This document shows positions 26,601 through 41,259 of a stretch of DNA of 64,000 nucleotides, in pieces. The stretch covers positions 11,284,878 to 11,348,877 of the forward strand of contig NW_002060943.1 in the NCBI RefSeq assembly GCF_000150275.1, in the 5' to 3' direction. The first letter of the stretch is position 1; the number at the start of each line of letters is the position of its first letter. This DNA comes from Trichoplax adhaerens. Taxonomy: Eukaryota > Animalia > Placozoa. The notes under the pieces were generated by a model, which saw nothing but the letters and a program-made list of their open reading frames with translations, was not told the origin of the DNA and ran no database searches. Position numbers and translations under genes: made by a program.

Positions 26601-28919
26601 AATTAGATGATTCTGAAGCGACAATATTTACATATATACAAAAAATTATTGAGACCATCGATAAACCATTTAAATATGAGCAACTTAGAAGAATTTTCGA
26701 TGCTTCTTTCGTAATATCATACAAGCTAACTACAACATCCGCGAACCAACTAAATAAGCCAAAAAAGACTAATTCGGATTTATACGACTACACCATTAAT
26801 AACCTTTCGCTTATTCGTGTTTTATACTCTATTTTTAATAATGCTCTTGATGACGAAGAAAGAAACTTGAACAACGAAGTGTATGTACCAGCCGAAGAAT
26901 TTATTAGTAAAAAACTAACAACCAAATTGCAACAGCAGTTACAAGATCCAGTTACAGTTGGCTGCTGTTCTGTACCTCAATGGTGTAATCTTTTAATTTC
27001 TCGATGTCCTATGCTCTTTCCGTTTGAATGTCGTGAACTTGTATTTAATTTTACTTCATTTGGTGTTCCACGAGCAGTTGATTTACTACAAACTAGGCTG
27101 GATTCTAGGAGTTTACAGTCGCGAAGTAGTAGTTCGAGACCGTACGATATCCAAGACTGTCACATTGCTCGTCTAAAGCATGAACGCATTACGGTACCTC
27201 GTGGAGAGGAATTATTAGATTGCGCTATTAATGTTATGAAATTTCATGCTAAGCGAAAAGCTATCCTAGAAGTAGAATTTGTAGGTGAAGAAGGTACAGG
27301 TTTAGGTCCAACTTTAGAATTTTATGCTCTTGTTTCTGCAATTCTTCAGAAAAAATGCTTGGGCATCTGGTTGTGTAACGATGCTGTTACAGAGTTAGAA
27401 AGAGAAGTTGATATTGGCCATGGTTTACAAACTTCAGGATATTACGTGCAACAGCCATTTGGTCTATTCCCGTCACCTTTACCGCAATCTACACGTACCG
27501 ATCGGGTTGTAGAACTTTTTCACTTTTTAGGCACTTTTCTTGCAAAATGTATACAAGATAACCGATTAGTTGACTTGCCTTTGTCAACACAATTTTTTAA
27601 ATTGATGTGCTTTTCAAGTATACGCGACAAAAATAATGATAACGGTAGCGTAAGTGATAACAGTCCCGGTAAAAGTCTTGATAATAAAACTTGGTTCGAT
27701 GGAATATTATCGTTTAAAGACCTAGAAATTATCGACCCTCATAGGGCTAAATTTTTAAGGAATTTAAAAGAGTTAGTCGATAGGAAGCATGAAATTCTAA
27801 ATAGTTCATTATCTGACAAGGAGAAAAATGACAAGTTATCATCATTGACTTTATCTTCGTCTGACGATTCGCAAAGCGACATTAAATTAGAAGATCTATG
27901 GTAACTTATTGTTTGATTTTGTAAATATATCTACGAATACAATCTTATGCAAATCAAAATTTTTTTTGTAGCTTAACATTTCAATATTCACCATCATCAA
28001 TTATTTATGGTTACGAGACTGTTGATCTTATTGCAAATGGAGGAGAAAAAGTTTGTCACATTGTAGAGATAATGCAATAATTTAATGTCTATGCACGGAT
28101 TCGATCCTAACTTCTTCGAAACTGTTTATTATGATAGATACTTACTGTTGAAAATGTAGAAGAGTATGTCGATTTGATGTACAATTTCTGCTTCCGTGAC
28201 GGTATCCAGAGACAAATAGACGCCTTCAAAGGTACGATCATCTGCTTATTAGTCACCTAAAACACACAGTCATGCCCACTGTTCATTATAATTATATGAA
28301 TTGTTATTATCTATATGTTACTATGATAGAGGGTTTTGATTTGGTCTTTCCAATGGAAAGTTTAGCCTTATTTACTCCAGAAGAAGCAAGAAATATCTTG
28401 TGCGGTGATCAAAGTCCACAATGGACCAAAGATGATTTGTTAAACTATACTGAACCGAAAAATGGTTATACTCGAGAAAGGTATAGCTCCTTACTCATTG
28501 TAGTTATCCCTTCTAATCTAGTTGAATCATAAATTATTAACGGGCGTTATATTTTTTAGTGCTGGCTATTTACGTTTCATAAATGTTGTTTCAAACTTTG
28601 ATAACGATGAAAGAAAGGTGAGCTAAATAATATTCCTATAAAAAATATTATCTGATCATCTAATAGTTACGATATTAAACACTTTTGCCCTTAGGCTTTT
28701 TTACAGTTTACCACTGGATGTTCATCACTTCCACCTGGTGGATTAAGAAATTTACACCCTCACCTTACTGTGGTTAAAAAAGAAATGGAATCGAATGGTA
28801 CCCACCCCTCAGTTAACACGTGCGTTCACTATTTAAAATTACCGGATTATGCATCAGAAGATATTCTTAGAGACCGTTTATTGGCAGCGACAAAAGAAAA
28901 GGGATTTCATCTTAACTAA
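20635..28919 (+). CDS. HECTD1: HECT E3 ubiquitin ligase HECTD1
   Basis: N-terminus [11 protein letters not shown]...[25 protein letters not shown]; ankyrin repeats ([21 protein letters not shown]); SUN/Sad1-like domain ([15 protein letters not shown]); MIB/HERC2 domain ([14 protein letters not shown]); HECT domain ([17 protein letters not shown]...[15 protein letters not shown]...KEKGFHLN*). One 4783-nt exon spans 23118-27900. Confidence 0.97.
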
Positions 28920-30376
28920 ATTTTATCTGTATAGTTTATTAATCTAATTACCGATATATGAGGTGTTTACAGCATCATGTATTTAAATTTTTGATATCAT
29001 TTTATGATTCTTACTAACAGTTATTTAATTACTAGTAAGAAAATTGATGCCAGTCGTTGTAGTAGTATCTTATGTATTTTAACGGAAGTCATTTTGTATA
29101 ATATCATTTAATCTGCTCATTATATATTGATAAGATATCGCAGATCCGCACGTTAAACTCTGCGATTTAGTTAATGTATCGCTGGTATAGTGGCTGCAAC
29201 TAAATGTACAAATAAGAACAGAAAACTCGTACAAACGTTAAGTGAATCCAGATTATATTTATAAAGGAAGTACTAGTAATGTTAAAGAGCTAATTGATGT
29301 AGATACGTCCTAATTTGTTGTAATCCCAACTTACTACCAATAAAGCGTACGCAATATGTTTACGACTAAGTGCATATATGCGATATACTGTCTGTACGTG
29401 TATATGTACGCATACTGTATGTGTAACATATATATTAAATTATACATTGTAACTAGTAGAATATACAGTATTTACACTAAAAGGGAATACGTACACGCAT
29501 GGTTAGTATGTGTAATGACCCATACATAGTTATCCGATACTCAGTCATAGTTTGGGAAATTCATTAAATTATAGCATTCATTATATTTATTTCTTGGAGG
29601 GTAGTAGTAGGTGCTTACGCTACGTTAGGTATGATTTAGAGACTACAAAATCTAGCTCTTCAATTAAGTAAGTCTCAGAAATCACGGTATAGCTATTAAC
29701 ATGAAGCGGTGCTGATCATAATTATTTCACCGTAGCAAAGTTATCACCCTTAAAGGTTAAAAGCGAATGCATTAAACTAATCTTGAATTCGTTTTTATAT
29801 TAATTTTAGGGTGCTGTAATGTATTTAGTATTAAATGATTGACTAGACTCGACTAATGAATGAAATTTGAAACTTTTAACGATTCATGGTACGTATGTCA
29901 CTACTTCTAGTCGATCAAATGTTGATTAATTGATTTCAATGTAGACCCTACCATAGTAAAATAATTGCTACCGTCCAGTTTACAATAAAATATGGATAGT
30001 ATTTCACTGGAAAGGGAGAGCAGATTGAAATAGGAAGTACAGCGTAGTGTTTAGTGCACTGTAGTTATACACTATCATCTGACTACTGATGCATATCTTT
30101 ACGCACCATACTGTACACCACCACGATAGTGAAATCGTCTATAGTAATGATGATTCGTAATACTGTAGTGCGTATCCTTATAGTGAGCTATACAGACTTG
30201 GTAAACTGGATTCAATATGCCGTAGGCTATAGTATCGCGATCTGGAGGCATTCGAGTGGTTGAGTATATAACAACTTCCAGGTTGTCACTGGAAGTAATA
30301 TTTACAGCGATACTGTACAAAAACTGCGTTGTTTAGTCTCTTGTTAGTCCCTCTAGGGTACAGCATACAGAATACG

Positions 30377-30390
30377 GTTACTATGGTGAC
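30377..30390 (+). promoter_or_regulatory. RFX X-box-like motif
   Basis: GTTACTATGGTGAC, ~180 bp upstream of the EF-hand gene ATG. One mismatch to GTHNYY-AT-RRNAAC. Confidence 0.5.
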
Positions 30391-30569
30391 AACATTCGTG
30401 AAAGGCTCAATCACCCTACTATACATTTATCAAGCAATTAATGTATCTAGAAAGGCATTAAACACCTGTTTTAAACTGATAATTTACTTAAATTGAACCA
30501 TTAGCCAATTTCAGTCTTCAATCACTTCATATCCAGTGTCGTATATTATATATTCTCAGATGAACAGAC

Positions 30570-33309
30570 ATGACGGAGGCACCAAGGAGTCTCGATACTG
30601 CTCAGTACATGGAAAATTTAAAAGAAAAAGAAGAATTAAAGAAGAAACTAGCTGAGAAGGAAAAGGAACTGGTCGAAGCATTAGTTAGAAGTTACGATTT
30701 ACAAAAGAAATTGGATAAATTACAGGCGGTTAGTAAATATATTATAAATATGTTTCCGTCCAGAATGTAAATAAAAACTCATTTAAAAATTGAATGAGTC
30801 ACAGTTTTGTCCCAAGTTTTTACTTACTAACTTCCTGATATATTGATGAGATTTTAAATTATTTTATAAAGTATCTGCTCTAGTATTTTCGAATAAGCCG
30901 AGTTTCTTTACTAAGGGTTACAGCGATTAATGAATTATAAACATTAACCTTCAATTATCATGCGTAGTTCATCCATTATACTTTAAGCCTATATTTAATA
31001 TTTAAATAATCCTATAATAATAAATTTTGAGTTACAATGCCACCAATATCCTTAAAAGCCATATTTGTGTTCAGTGTATGCTATCGTCATGACTATCGCA
31101 AATTAAAGTATGAAGATAAGTATACATACATATACTTAGCGTCAAACACGTTAATGTTGAAATTCCCTATTTTGAATACTGAAATTCACGAAGCCTAAAT
31201 TTTAATTATGAAACTGATGTATTCTAATTAAAATACAACACACATAAGATTGCTTAGCAAATTATGTTGAAAATTTCATGCGAAACAGTATTCCATACCG
31301 TATGACATAAAAATTGTAACTGGTCTAAACATTCAATGCATAGATCAAACGTGCTACCAATGATTTATAAGACCAATGTTTCGTTCGGTGTGACGTTAAT
31401 ATATTACTTGAATCATTGATTGTAGGATAAAAAATCAGCTCCTAAACTCACTTCAAAGCCGCCCAAAAGAAGAGCTGGGAAGAAAAAGAAAGGTAAAAAA
31501 GACGGCAAGGAAGATAAAACAGAGGATATTTCATGGACTACGGAAAAATTTTATGAGGTAATCACTGTTATATACGGTATATCCTACAATCTAGGGATAT
31601 AATTAGCGTATGCCATCTAAATTAAAGATCAGGGAATTTAGTATGCATTTTAATTAATCATAAATTCGTTACAGACTAATAAATCAAACTATCACTATAA
31701 TAAAAAATAGTTACAGCTTCAAACATAAAATTACCATTCTTTTTTGCATGCTAACCGAACATCATAACATGTATACGCCATGGCAAAAATATAAAATTTA
31801 TAGTCTAGCTGTTTATTACGTATCTGCAACCATCTGCTGTAGTTACTATATCAAACATACTTACGGTAGTATACGAAGTTAAAGCGAATAGCTATAAATT
31901 GAAATATGTCTAAAGAAATTGATAGACATACGTGTACTGCAGCATTAGTTAATAAGCACCATACTATTACTTTAGAGTAAGGAAATTTATTATTAAATGA
32001 TCCCTTAGCATTGTTTAAAAATCCAGATTCTGAGAATGTACGGCAGATTATAATTACTATACGCATAAGCTTTGAACTTCTTCATTTATTGTAATTTAGG
32101 AAGTGGCAGAAAAATTTCCCGAAATGACTTTGTCAACCCTCTTAGCAGCTGAAAAGAAATTCATGGAAGCTGATAAAGACGGAAATGGGGTAAGCTGAAA
32201 TGTTTATAAAATTACAAACACTAGAAAGCTATCATAGTACTTCTAAAGTTAAGCGACGCTTAAAATTTTTCTGCAAGCTAATTAGTACAATTGGACAAGC
32301 AGGTAGCTATCTAAATTGCAATTAGAATCTTATTCATGCGATAGAAATCAAGATAGCTTTCGTACATTTGATGATAATGATCAAGCTGTACTACATGTAG
32401 TAGTTGTAATGGTCAAATATTCTTATACAATTTTGATTCTTGTACAATCCTGTTTACGTGAAATGTTGTAGTATGTACTTGTCATGAGTTTAGATGGATA
32501 AGCAGACATACCGTATATATTGCAATGCGAAGATATTACGAGCGAGTACTATGAACAATTAGAATATGGTATTGGTGGAATAATCGACACGAGATTTAAT
32601 GATATTTAATCTGCGAATCATAATATATAGATATTTATTAGAATTTAGGTCAATTTTATATAATTTAGACTATACGTGAGCGATTTCATTACACATGTAT
32701 ACCATGATGTGTATCATTTTAAGATGAGGCCCATGATAGTGTAAAAATACCCAGAAAGTTCAATTCAACTAATCCTACATTAATACAAAGTAAAGAATCT
32801 GTACTACAAATTGTTTCAATTTTAGAAGTTCGAACTAATTGAGAGTCTTACACATGTACAATCAAATTAACTCCCTTCGAATTAAGATCAGTTGCAAATA
32901 TATACATTTATTGCAAATTTTTGTATTTATAAAGGAAATTGATGAAAAAGAACTAGAAACAATTCTTCAACAAAGTAATTTGTTATTTACAAAATTCCAA
33001 ATTATGGAAATTATTCAATCAATTGATGTTGATGAGTCTAGTACGTTAGACTTCATGGAGTGTTTAGCGGTAAGAATATATTCTTCATATCTTCTATCTG
33101 TTAAGATTTCTTACTTATTCACGCTTTAAAATTGTACTCTTAATTCAATAAGAATTACCCTTTTAAATGATTACAATTATTAAATAGTTTTGATAGGAAA
33201 TTATATCAAATTTTTTTTCCAGGTCATTCATGCATTGCAACAAAATCGGAAGACTGCTTTGCCCCAATCTATTCAACAAAATAAAAGTACAATATGCGTA
33301 ATACAATAA
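30570..33309 (+). CDS. ~200-aa coiled-coil / polybasic / two-EF-hand protein with C-terminal CaaX box
   Basis: Five phase-0 exons: 30570-30728, 31426-31557, 32100-32189, 32935-33069, 33223-33309. EF loops DKDGNGEIDEKE and DVDESSTLDFME; basic tract KRRAGKKKKGKK; ends CVIQ*. Confidence 0.85.
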
Positions 33310-35029
33310 TATCTACGAACGAAATTTAGCGATAGATTTGCTTAAATCCATCCTGAATATCATAACACTTACCTTTGACTTGATTGTAAACGTATAATGT
33401 CGATCTAAGATGTTAAGGGTTGGTTAGAACATCCTAAATTTACGTTCTACGGTATACAATAACGCATGTATGGAGCGTATAATGAGCTTCTCTTAAGTAA
33501 GCGTACAAGACAACTGACTGACGAGTCAGTTTTTAAATTTGCAATTCACCTTTATATCATAATGCGATTCTTTCATTAACTTAACGAGGTATCTAAATGA
33601 AACATAATCGTTTTGTTGCTTAAAACGTTAAATCTACCTTTAATGATCAAAATCTACAGTAATGGATTACTCTACTATACAGTACATACATTGTCAAAAA
33701 GCTATTTTATCAAATATACTTATGTAACTTCTTAAGAAAATGCTTATTTCAGTCGGAGAAGATCGCTTATTTATGTATCTGGTTTTCAGCTTAATGTACT
33801 GTATATCATATTGTAATTATATTATTGATATTACAGTATTATGATACCTTAAGAATATGAAAATCTTGTATAACAAGCACGGCCAACTCAGGATGGAATT
33901 AAGTGCTTGGATTAGAATAGTGCTCCGACGTATTAGATAATAACTTTACCTGTTTAATTATCGTTAATCTTTTCTAAAGGTGTTATAGAGTTGCTTGAAA
34001 AAAAGTACGGCGAGATAGACAATCGTACACTCAGACAGCGAGGTTTTATATATTTTTTGCAGACAAGAAAAGTTTATTAATGTAACTAAAATCATACTTT
34101 TGTTTATTATATATTCAGCATAGTAATTTCGCTGATGTTTTACATCATGATAGGTTGAATAAAATTGCAAATTGTTAAAAAGTTTCGTATTAAACCGATT
34201 AGTCAACCTGATACATAAACTTAATGTCAAACAATGACGTGTAACCTGCTGTTTATTGATCATTCGAGGGAAGACTACATCTGGAAATTTTATATCAAAT
34301 CCATATCAATTAATGTTTGGCAATAACATCACGCCACACTTTACACATTCAGTAGCATATTTTTAAATTGTTTTTACTAATTTTTTTCGATCGCAGTAGC
34401 AAGGTACTTCTTTCGCTAAAAACTTTCATTATATGCTATACTACAGATTTCTTTCCTAAACATGCGATATATTACCCATTACGGTGAAAACTTTTAATAT
34501 TGAACTTTGAAGTAAAGTCTATTCGGTGTTTTAACAAGTTAAGAAAGATGAAAAGACTTTACTATTATATTTATATTGAGTATTGTTATCTTATGCAATC
34601 ATCATTATATACTATATTAGAAAAAATGATGTTATACAAAGATATCATAGCAATTCTTTAAGTTACAAGTTTGAACGATAAAGTTCGAAAGACACGGACG
34701 TTTATGCGTACATCGAAATTTTTTGAATGCTTTATGCCATATCTGTTTAGATATATTGATTATCATGTGTTTTAAATCGAGTGAGATTAAATATTGTATC
34801 GGTTACATGTTAAGATCCAAAATTTGCAAAGGAGAAAAAATGGATTGTGATAATCGAGTATATCTAGGTCTTAAAAATTTAAAAACCAGTCTTAAGAAAT
34901 AATTCATTGGAGTACAGATTCTGTTTGAGTACATCACAGACGCGCTTTTAATAACTTATAAATAAATGGTTTCTCTTTCGCTGCACATACTGTACGTATA
35001 TCTAAGATTTACTACTTAAGTGCCGCATT

Positions 35030-38000
35030 TCATCGCTTTCTTAACATACAAATATGAGCCGTAAGCAAGTATTCCAAACGTTGCTTTTCTGCTTGCAATA
35101 GAGAAATTTGATCCTTTAAATTGCCTTGCTCCTTTTCGAGTACCTCAGTCTCCTGTTATCAACGGACATACAATTATTTGAACAGTTCGATTTTTCGATT
35201 AGAATTTATCCAACTGAATAAAAATATTGAGTACAGAAAAATCTATTTACAAAGACTTTGGGTAGATCTTTAATTTTCAAAATTATTACTATTTAGGTTT
35301 ATAATATGGACTAGATAAGTCAGCGTAAACTAATTAACTTCTATAACCTTGGTGAGCGTTTCTATCCTTTTCTTTCTCCGATTGCGGCATCTCATCGCTG
35401 CGACTTTGTTTTTTTCTCTACGAATCTTTTTTCTTTCGTCCTCATCTAACTGTTTTAAAATGAAACACGAAATTCAGCCTTTTAATTTTTAAATAACATT
35501 ACAAAGTAATTCACGAATGCATACTATAATTTCAGATATGGCAGTATACAATACTAAAAATTTCGCATAAATTACATAGTTGTGCAGGACAGCGAATTTA
35601 GTACAGGGCTGAGATACAAGACAATTTTACTACTATTTTTAAGAGATTCACTTGTTTAATTAATACAGTAAGTCATTCAGGTATTACATCTCTTAGCACG
35701 GTACTATGGCAATGGTGTACTGTATGTTGTACGAGGAGCGCAATTTGTAACATAGTAGTAATCCTTCGAAAAACAGGAGCTATTTGCTTTCAGTAATATA
35801 CGTTTAGTATACTTACAGTACTTGGAAGAACTATTCCTATTACAGTACATAATAATAATAATTATTATTATGAAGACTGTATACTGTTCTGTACTGTACT
35901 GTACATAACATAATACGCGTATACTCTCGTATGTTAAATTTCGCATACAGTATACCGTAACATGACAGCAAGTTCCATTCTACAATGGCTTCAACAAAAC
36001 TCTGCGTATACTGTAGGTTTGATTTGGCGTACATCGGAAATATCTTCATGCAGTTTAATTATAACTGATAGGAGATCGATAGATGACAAAACAGTTAGAA
36101 TAGAACCTGTAAGCCTGATCAGTGTTCAAGAACAATAATAGAACTTCACTAAATTCTGGCAATATTGACAGTATATTAATTGTCTATGTATTAAAATATA
36201 GTGATACAGCGAATTTGGGCAAATACCCACTGAATAAAATTGATATTGACTGTAATCCTGTCAACAACCTCCTGTAACTATCAATTAGATGAATTAGATA
36301 AAGAGCCAGCCAGTCTTTCACTTCTATCTAATCAAATCACTCGCTACATCGTCATAGATAATGCAAATTCTTCGGTCAGCTAAGCATAGTGTATCCTCGG
36401 TATTATCTTGTTTTGTCATTTACTGTAGCATGCTAGTCTCAAGTTACAATCACGAAATACAGTACAATAGTCATATTTTCCCTCCTTATGTCCATCACCG
36501 TACATTAGTTATCATAATGTGCTTTGTAGCATCAACTAAACTTAATATAGCATTTTATCCGTGAATGCATTATTGGAAAGTAGTATTCTACAAGCATCGC
36601 TGTGAATATAGTAGTGTCTGGCTATTACCGGGATATATATAATGTCGAATGGTAATACGATCTGTTAATTATTAACAAATGGGTACATTATCGTAAACCG
36701 TCAGCAAAGCGACATGAGTTTGTACTAGTGTACATAAAAGTGTGAGAGAAAATATACAGTAGACCTTTAGCATAGGTAATACTGTACAAAATCTTATGGA
36801 AATAAATAACTATTGTAGTACCGTTACTGTACACTGTACAGTACTGTACAGTACTACTATTATAACGTGTGATCCGTTTCCTTCGATATATTTGAATAGT
36901 AAAAATTAGAAGTAAACGCTTAAAAAAGATCAATCGCTATGAACCTTCCTATACGCATAGGTCTCTTATTATAGAAAGTTACCTACTAATTGATTCATCT
37001 TTATCCCAATTAGAAATGGCTACTGTGATCAAGCGAAAACTCGCCATTATACAGTAATTTTTTATGCCTTCTTTTGCATGCTACAATACAGTAGGAATTC
37101 TATAGTACTGTACAGTACGTACTGTACACTCAGGCAACTGTTACGGCGCGAACTGTATGTTGGTAGAACCGACCGTACATGTACCAGTGACTGTTGGTTT
37201 GTATTAGAACTTCAAAGAAATAAAATAACTTCAACTTTTGGTGCCTACAGTGATAATAATACTGTACATACGCTACAGTACATTTTTAAAACAGATGTTG
37301 CATGTACTGTACTGTAGTTGCATGGCAGACACTTACTGTACTGTACAGTACAGTGTACAGGTACTGTATCTCCGTTATTAGTACTGCACTGTCATGGACT
37401 ACTACAGTACGGACTGCAAATATTCCGGGTTAAAGCAGCAGTCCCCAGATATCTTTGAATCGACTATTAATATCCGCATATTTTATATTTACAACATAGC
37501 ATACTGTACTGTACAGTAGCATATCACAATAGTATCTAGAATTATGATTATAAAACAAAGTTACAATTCATGCACATTGTATCAAGTCATTGTATGCTTG
37601 AATTTGAAGTACTGTAGATGGATTATATGAGAGATACCTTACGGTAATACCTTCAAATTTCAATAGGTAATATAGAAGATTAGCCAAAATAGAAATATAA
37701 AATTACACACTACCAGTAGTGTACAGACTCTATAAATATGTAGTTATTTTATTATTACCAGCCTCCCAGTAATAACAAATGGGATAATAAAGCATTTCAT
37801 AATAAATGATATCGGCTATGCCGCACGACAGGCTTTAAGATCTGTAGTGTATGTATGTCTGTATAATACTCGTATATTCTTGATTTATACGAACTGAAGT
37901 CTCGAAAGCTCCAGTTTCCGATAGTAGTGCCATGGTTAATGTCGTTGAAGGATCAGTAAAAGCAGTCCTTGTTATAACACTAGAGTAACAAACAACGCTG

Positions 38001-40597
38001 CATAAAAGATATGCATACTGTATAGTATATAAATGCCAAAGGAAATAAAAATACTAAAAATACCATACAATTTCGGTTGTAACGTGATCGTGTATCTAAT
38101 TCGAGGGTGAAAGCAACTGTTGTGAAAGACATGGAAATCAATCTCATACATGCCGTAAGATTTCCTTTACCGAAATCATCAGAGGTTCTAACCCGAAATT
38201 ACTTTATAGGTTAGCTAGTAATTCTGCTGTGATAGAAACGTCTAGATTATAAGTAGACATGTTTTATGACGATTGGTGATATCATTATAACATGGTGTTT
38301 ATAACATCTAAATACCGTCGGTGTCAATAATATTTTGTTTTAGTAGCCTTATTACAAGAGTTATACATCAGTAAAAATAATCTAGTGTACATTTTTGTAC
38401 AGTACTGTAGATTAGATCAACTTAACAGTGTGGTATGCATTATCATTTATAATGTTAATCTACGATTATAACACTCCTCTAAAATTCTGTTCAATGCGTG
38501 TATCTGTTTATCAGATTGATCAAATTGTAAATTTTCTAATTAAATCAAGCACATTATATCTCAAAGTCGATAGCGCTGTTATACCATGTTGTTGGAAATG
38601 TTTAAAGAAGAGTTTGCAGCTACATTAGTAATTATTGGGATGGCGTAGCTATTGATATATCAACTAACCTGTTTAGAATGTCTTCTTGAGCGTTTGGATG
38701 AACGCTGATTGCTATCGTTAGCATTATCCATACCTTTGTTCCACTTTGTTCTTCTGGAAAGCTAAAAATACGAAGCGTAGACAGTAAATTGAAAATTTTA
38801 GAAGATTTTATTGTACGACGTATGAGACTGCAATGTGTATAGTAACGGAATAGTAAATCAATTAGAAGTTATTCAATGGATTATGTGATACATTCATTTA
38901 TTGTCGTGAATTAACTTAATACAAAAGGATGAGATGGATTTTCAGATTTCATTATACTACCGATAACAAAACATAATCGTAATCACTACTCAAATACTGA
39001 ATAATAGCAGTGTATTTCTGTATCACATTACATTATCGTCATCTAGATGTAATAATGTAATAGAAAGATCTTAACCTATTCACTCATTGAGCAGGGATGA
39101 AAATATTGCTAGCTATCCTCATTATTAAGGATTGCAGTATTGAAAATAGAGGAATCGAAAGCAAGCATCATGCCAGAGAAGTAGTGATTTAGAGCAACAC
39201 TATTAAACTACATCAGTAACTGTGATAAAATTAATGATAATCTGGTAGAAGCATCAACACATCAGTATATCAGATTGGAATCAAAAGTCATACTATTCAA
39301 GTAGTTCAGTAACCACCGTATAATAAAAAATTGATCTATGTAACTAGGTAGAAGGATAAATATACGATTACAGATTAGGATTGACAGTGCACGTCAACTT
39401 GCAACATTGTCAATTTTGAAGGATAAAGTTCATGCATAATTGAAGGGTATCCTGATACCCGGTAGAAGATCATCAATTGGTTCAAGCCCTCTTATCAATC
39501 AGTATACAGACTTCCTTTTACATAGTTGTATGGATTCGATCTCTAGATTCACGTCAACTTTTCATGACAGTTAAGCTAAATAGTACGTACAACTACTGTT
39601 GGTGTGTTTAATTACCGACTGAAACAGTGTCTCTTTATCGCTAGCAAATAGGTTGTGCCATGGTTGTGCATTATCCCCATTTGAAATTTTCTAAGTAGAG
39701 AACTAAAACTTTCACATAACAATGCTGATTAATAATTAACCTTTAACCACTCCATTGTAAAGTACTGTATACAGTGTTGTATAACACGGCGACAAACACT
39801 ACATTACATCATCCTGTTACAAAAGATTCACCTTTGGTAGAACATTTATTGCTGAATCATGGAATAAAATGTTCAATGAACTCCTTATACTGTTTTCAAG
39901 GCCAATAATTGGCGTTGATTTACGTGGTATGCGCAGGACACTATTATGCTGTACGAGTATACTGGCAAAGTTACAGTAAAGATAAATTACTCCTTCAATG
40001 AGGAAATTTCGTGACCGAATTATTCACTGTCTAAGGATATTATTAAAGATGCTACGCGGAGATTCCAGTACAACGAATCTAGGAAGTGTCAGTTGATGTA
40101 CAGCTAACTTTATAAAATAAACTAACAGTAAGTAAGCAGTGGTAGGTACCACATCCCACTCAGGAAGGTTAGGCGGAATAACCGACTATTATATTATTGT
40201 ACGTATGCATTCTGGTGCTGTACCGTATGGACCAAAGTCAGTCGTAAGGCTTGCGTATTGAAGCCAGTACTATACTGTACTGTACAACTGTACAGTACTA
40301 TGATTGGATTTTATTTTGACGTACCGAAATAACAACAAGTTGCCAGTAGAACTATCTACTTTTTACCCTCCTTTACTACTCTATTCGTATGTCGGCTTTC
40401 CAGTGAATGTTGTATCCAAAGTATCAGTACAAACAGTAAACTGGTGGCAGTAGCTACTTGTAATTATAATAGGAGTCTTAATTTGTAATTTTATTGGACT
40501 AATTTTAACGAAACGATACAACAACAGTTGGACGTCCATAGAGGAAGTAAAAGTTCAAAATAGATGATACCTGCAACAATTTGATGTGATCTGCCAT
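35030..40597 (-). CDS. Short (~114 aa) ATF3/JDP2/Fos-family bZIP factor, copy A
   Basis: Phase-0 exons 40597-40571 (MADHIKLLQ), 38761-38669, 35449-35348 (LDEDERKKIRREKNKVAAMRCRNRRKKRIETLTK) and 35152-35030 (ETEVLEKEQGNLKDQISLLQAEKQRLEYLLTAHICMLRKR*). The bZIP exons are secure; the two 5' exons are less so. Confidence 0.85.
39450..39735 (+). mobile_element. Degenerate non-LTR retrotransposon reverse-transcriptase fragment
   Basis: VEDHQLVQALLSISIQTSFYIVVWIRSLDSRQLFMTVKLN, followed after frameshifts by VP-GCALSPF (cf. GVPQGxxLSP) and aatgctgat (cf. YADD), in the correct order. Stops and frameshifts are present. Confidence 0.4.
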
Positions 40598-41259
40598 AAA
40601 TCAGCTTGGATCGTGGATTCTTATTTTCTCGCCAGACAAATCCAATGGAAGAGAGTCGAAATCTTGTTTCTTTTCGCCTTCGAAGTAATAATAAAGTAGC
40701 CGATCTTGTAGCAAGTTGGAGGCTTGCAGACTTGGACTGGATCCCAAATGGTAGAAATTGTGACTAGCTACGATAGTAAAACGTATTTATTATATTGTAA
40801 CTGTATTACCACCGTGTCATTATTGTTTTACTGTATTAATAAATTTATTTATTTATGCTGTACTGTACTGTACTGTACGTACCGTCTGTACAGTGTACAG
40901 TATACTGTACTGTACAACCTCCTATGTACTGTAATATTACACAACAGTCACAGCCTCTATTCGGTACTGTACGAGCTTGAAATGGCCACAAAGACACATA
41001 CTGTACTATATAAGTGATACAACCTTCGGGAAAACAGTACTATACGCACTATCAAGCAAGAATGCCACGTAAGCAATATGCTACATATTGTGTAATAATT
41101 ATTACATACTGTACGTATATGAGGTGTTGCTCTAGCAGATGAGAAAATTCTCCGAATGTTATCAAGCTACTTTTTTTGTACGTTTTCCATCCTTGTATTA
41201 CAAATCGGACAGGAATGTGTCATTAAGATTGGTTAATATCAAGTTCATCGCATTGAGTT

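Noticed and set aside
25714-26724. Antisense ORFs inside the large HECTD1 exon
   Set aside because: Shadow frames of an acidic, low-complexity coding region.
36082-36419. 11-bp inverted repeat atgacaaaaca/tgttttgtcat as MITE ends
   Set aside because: Short, AT-rich and without a target-site duplication; compatible with chance.
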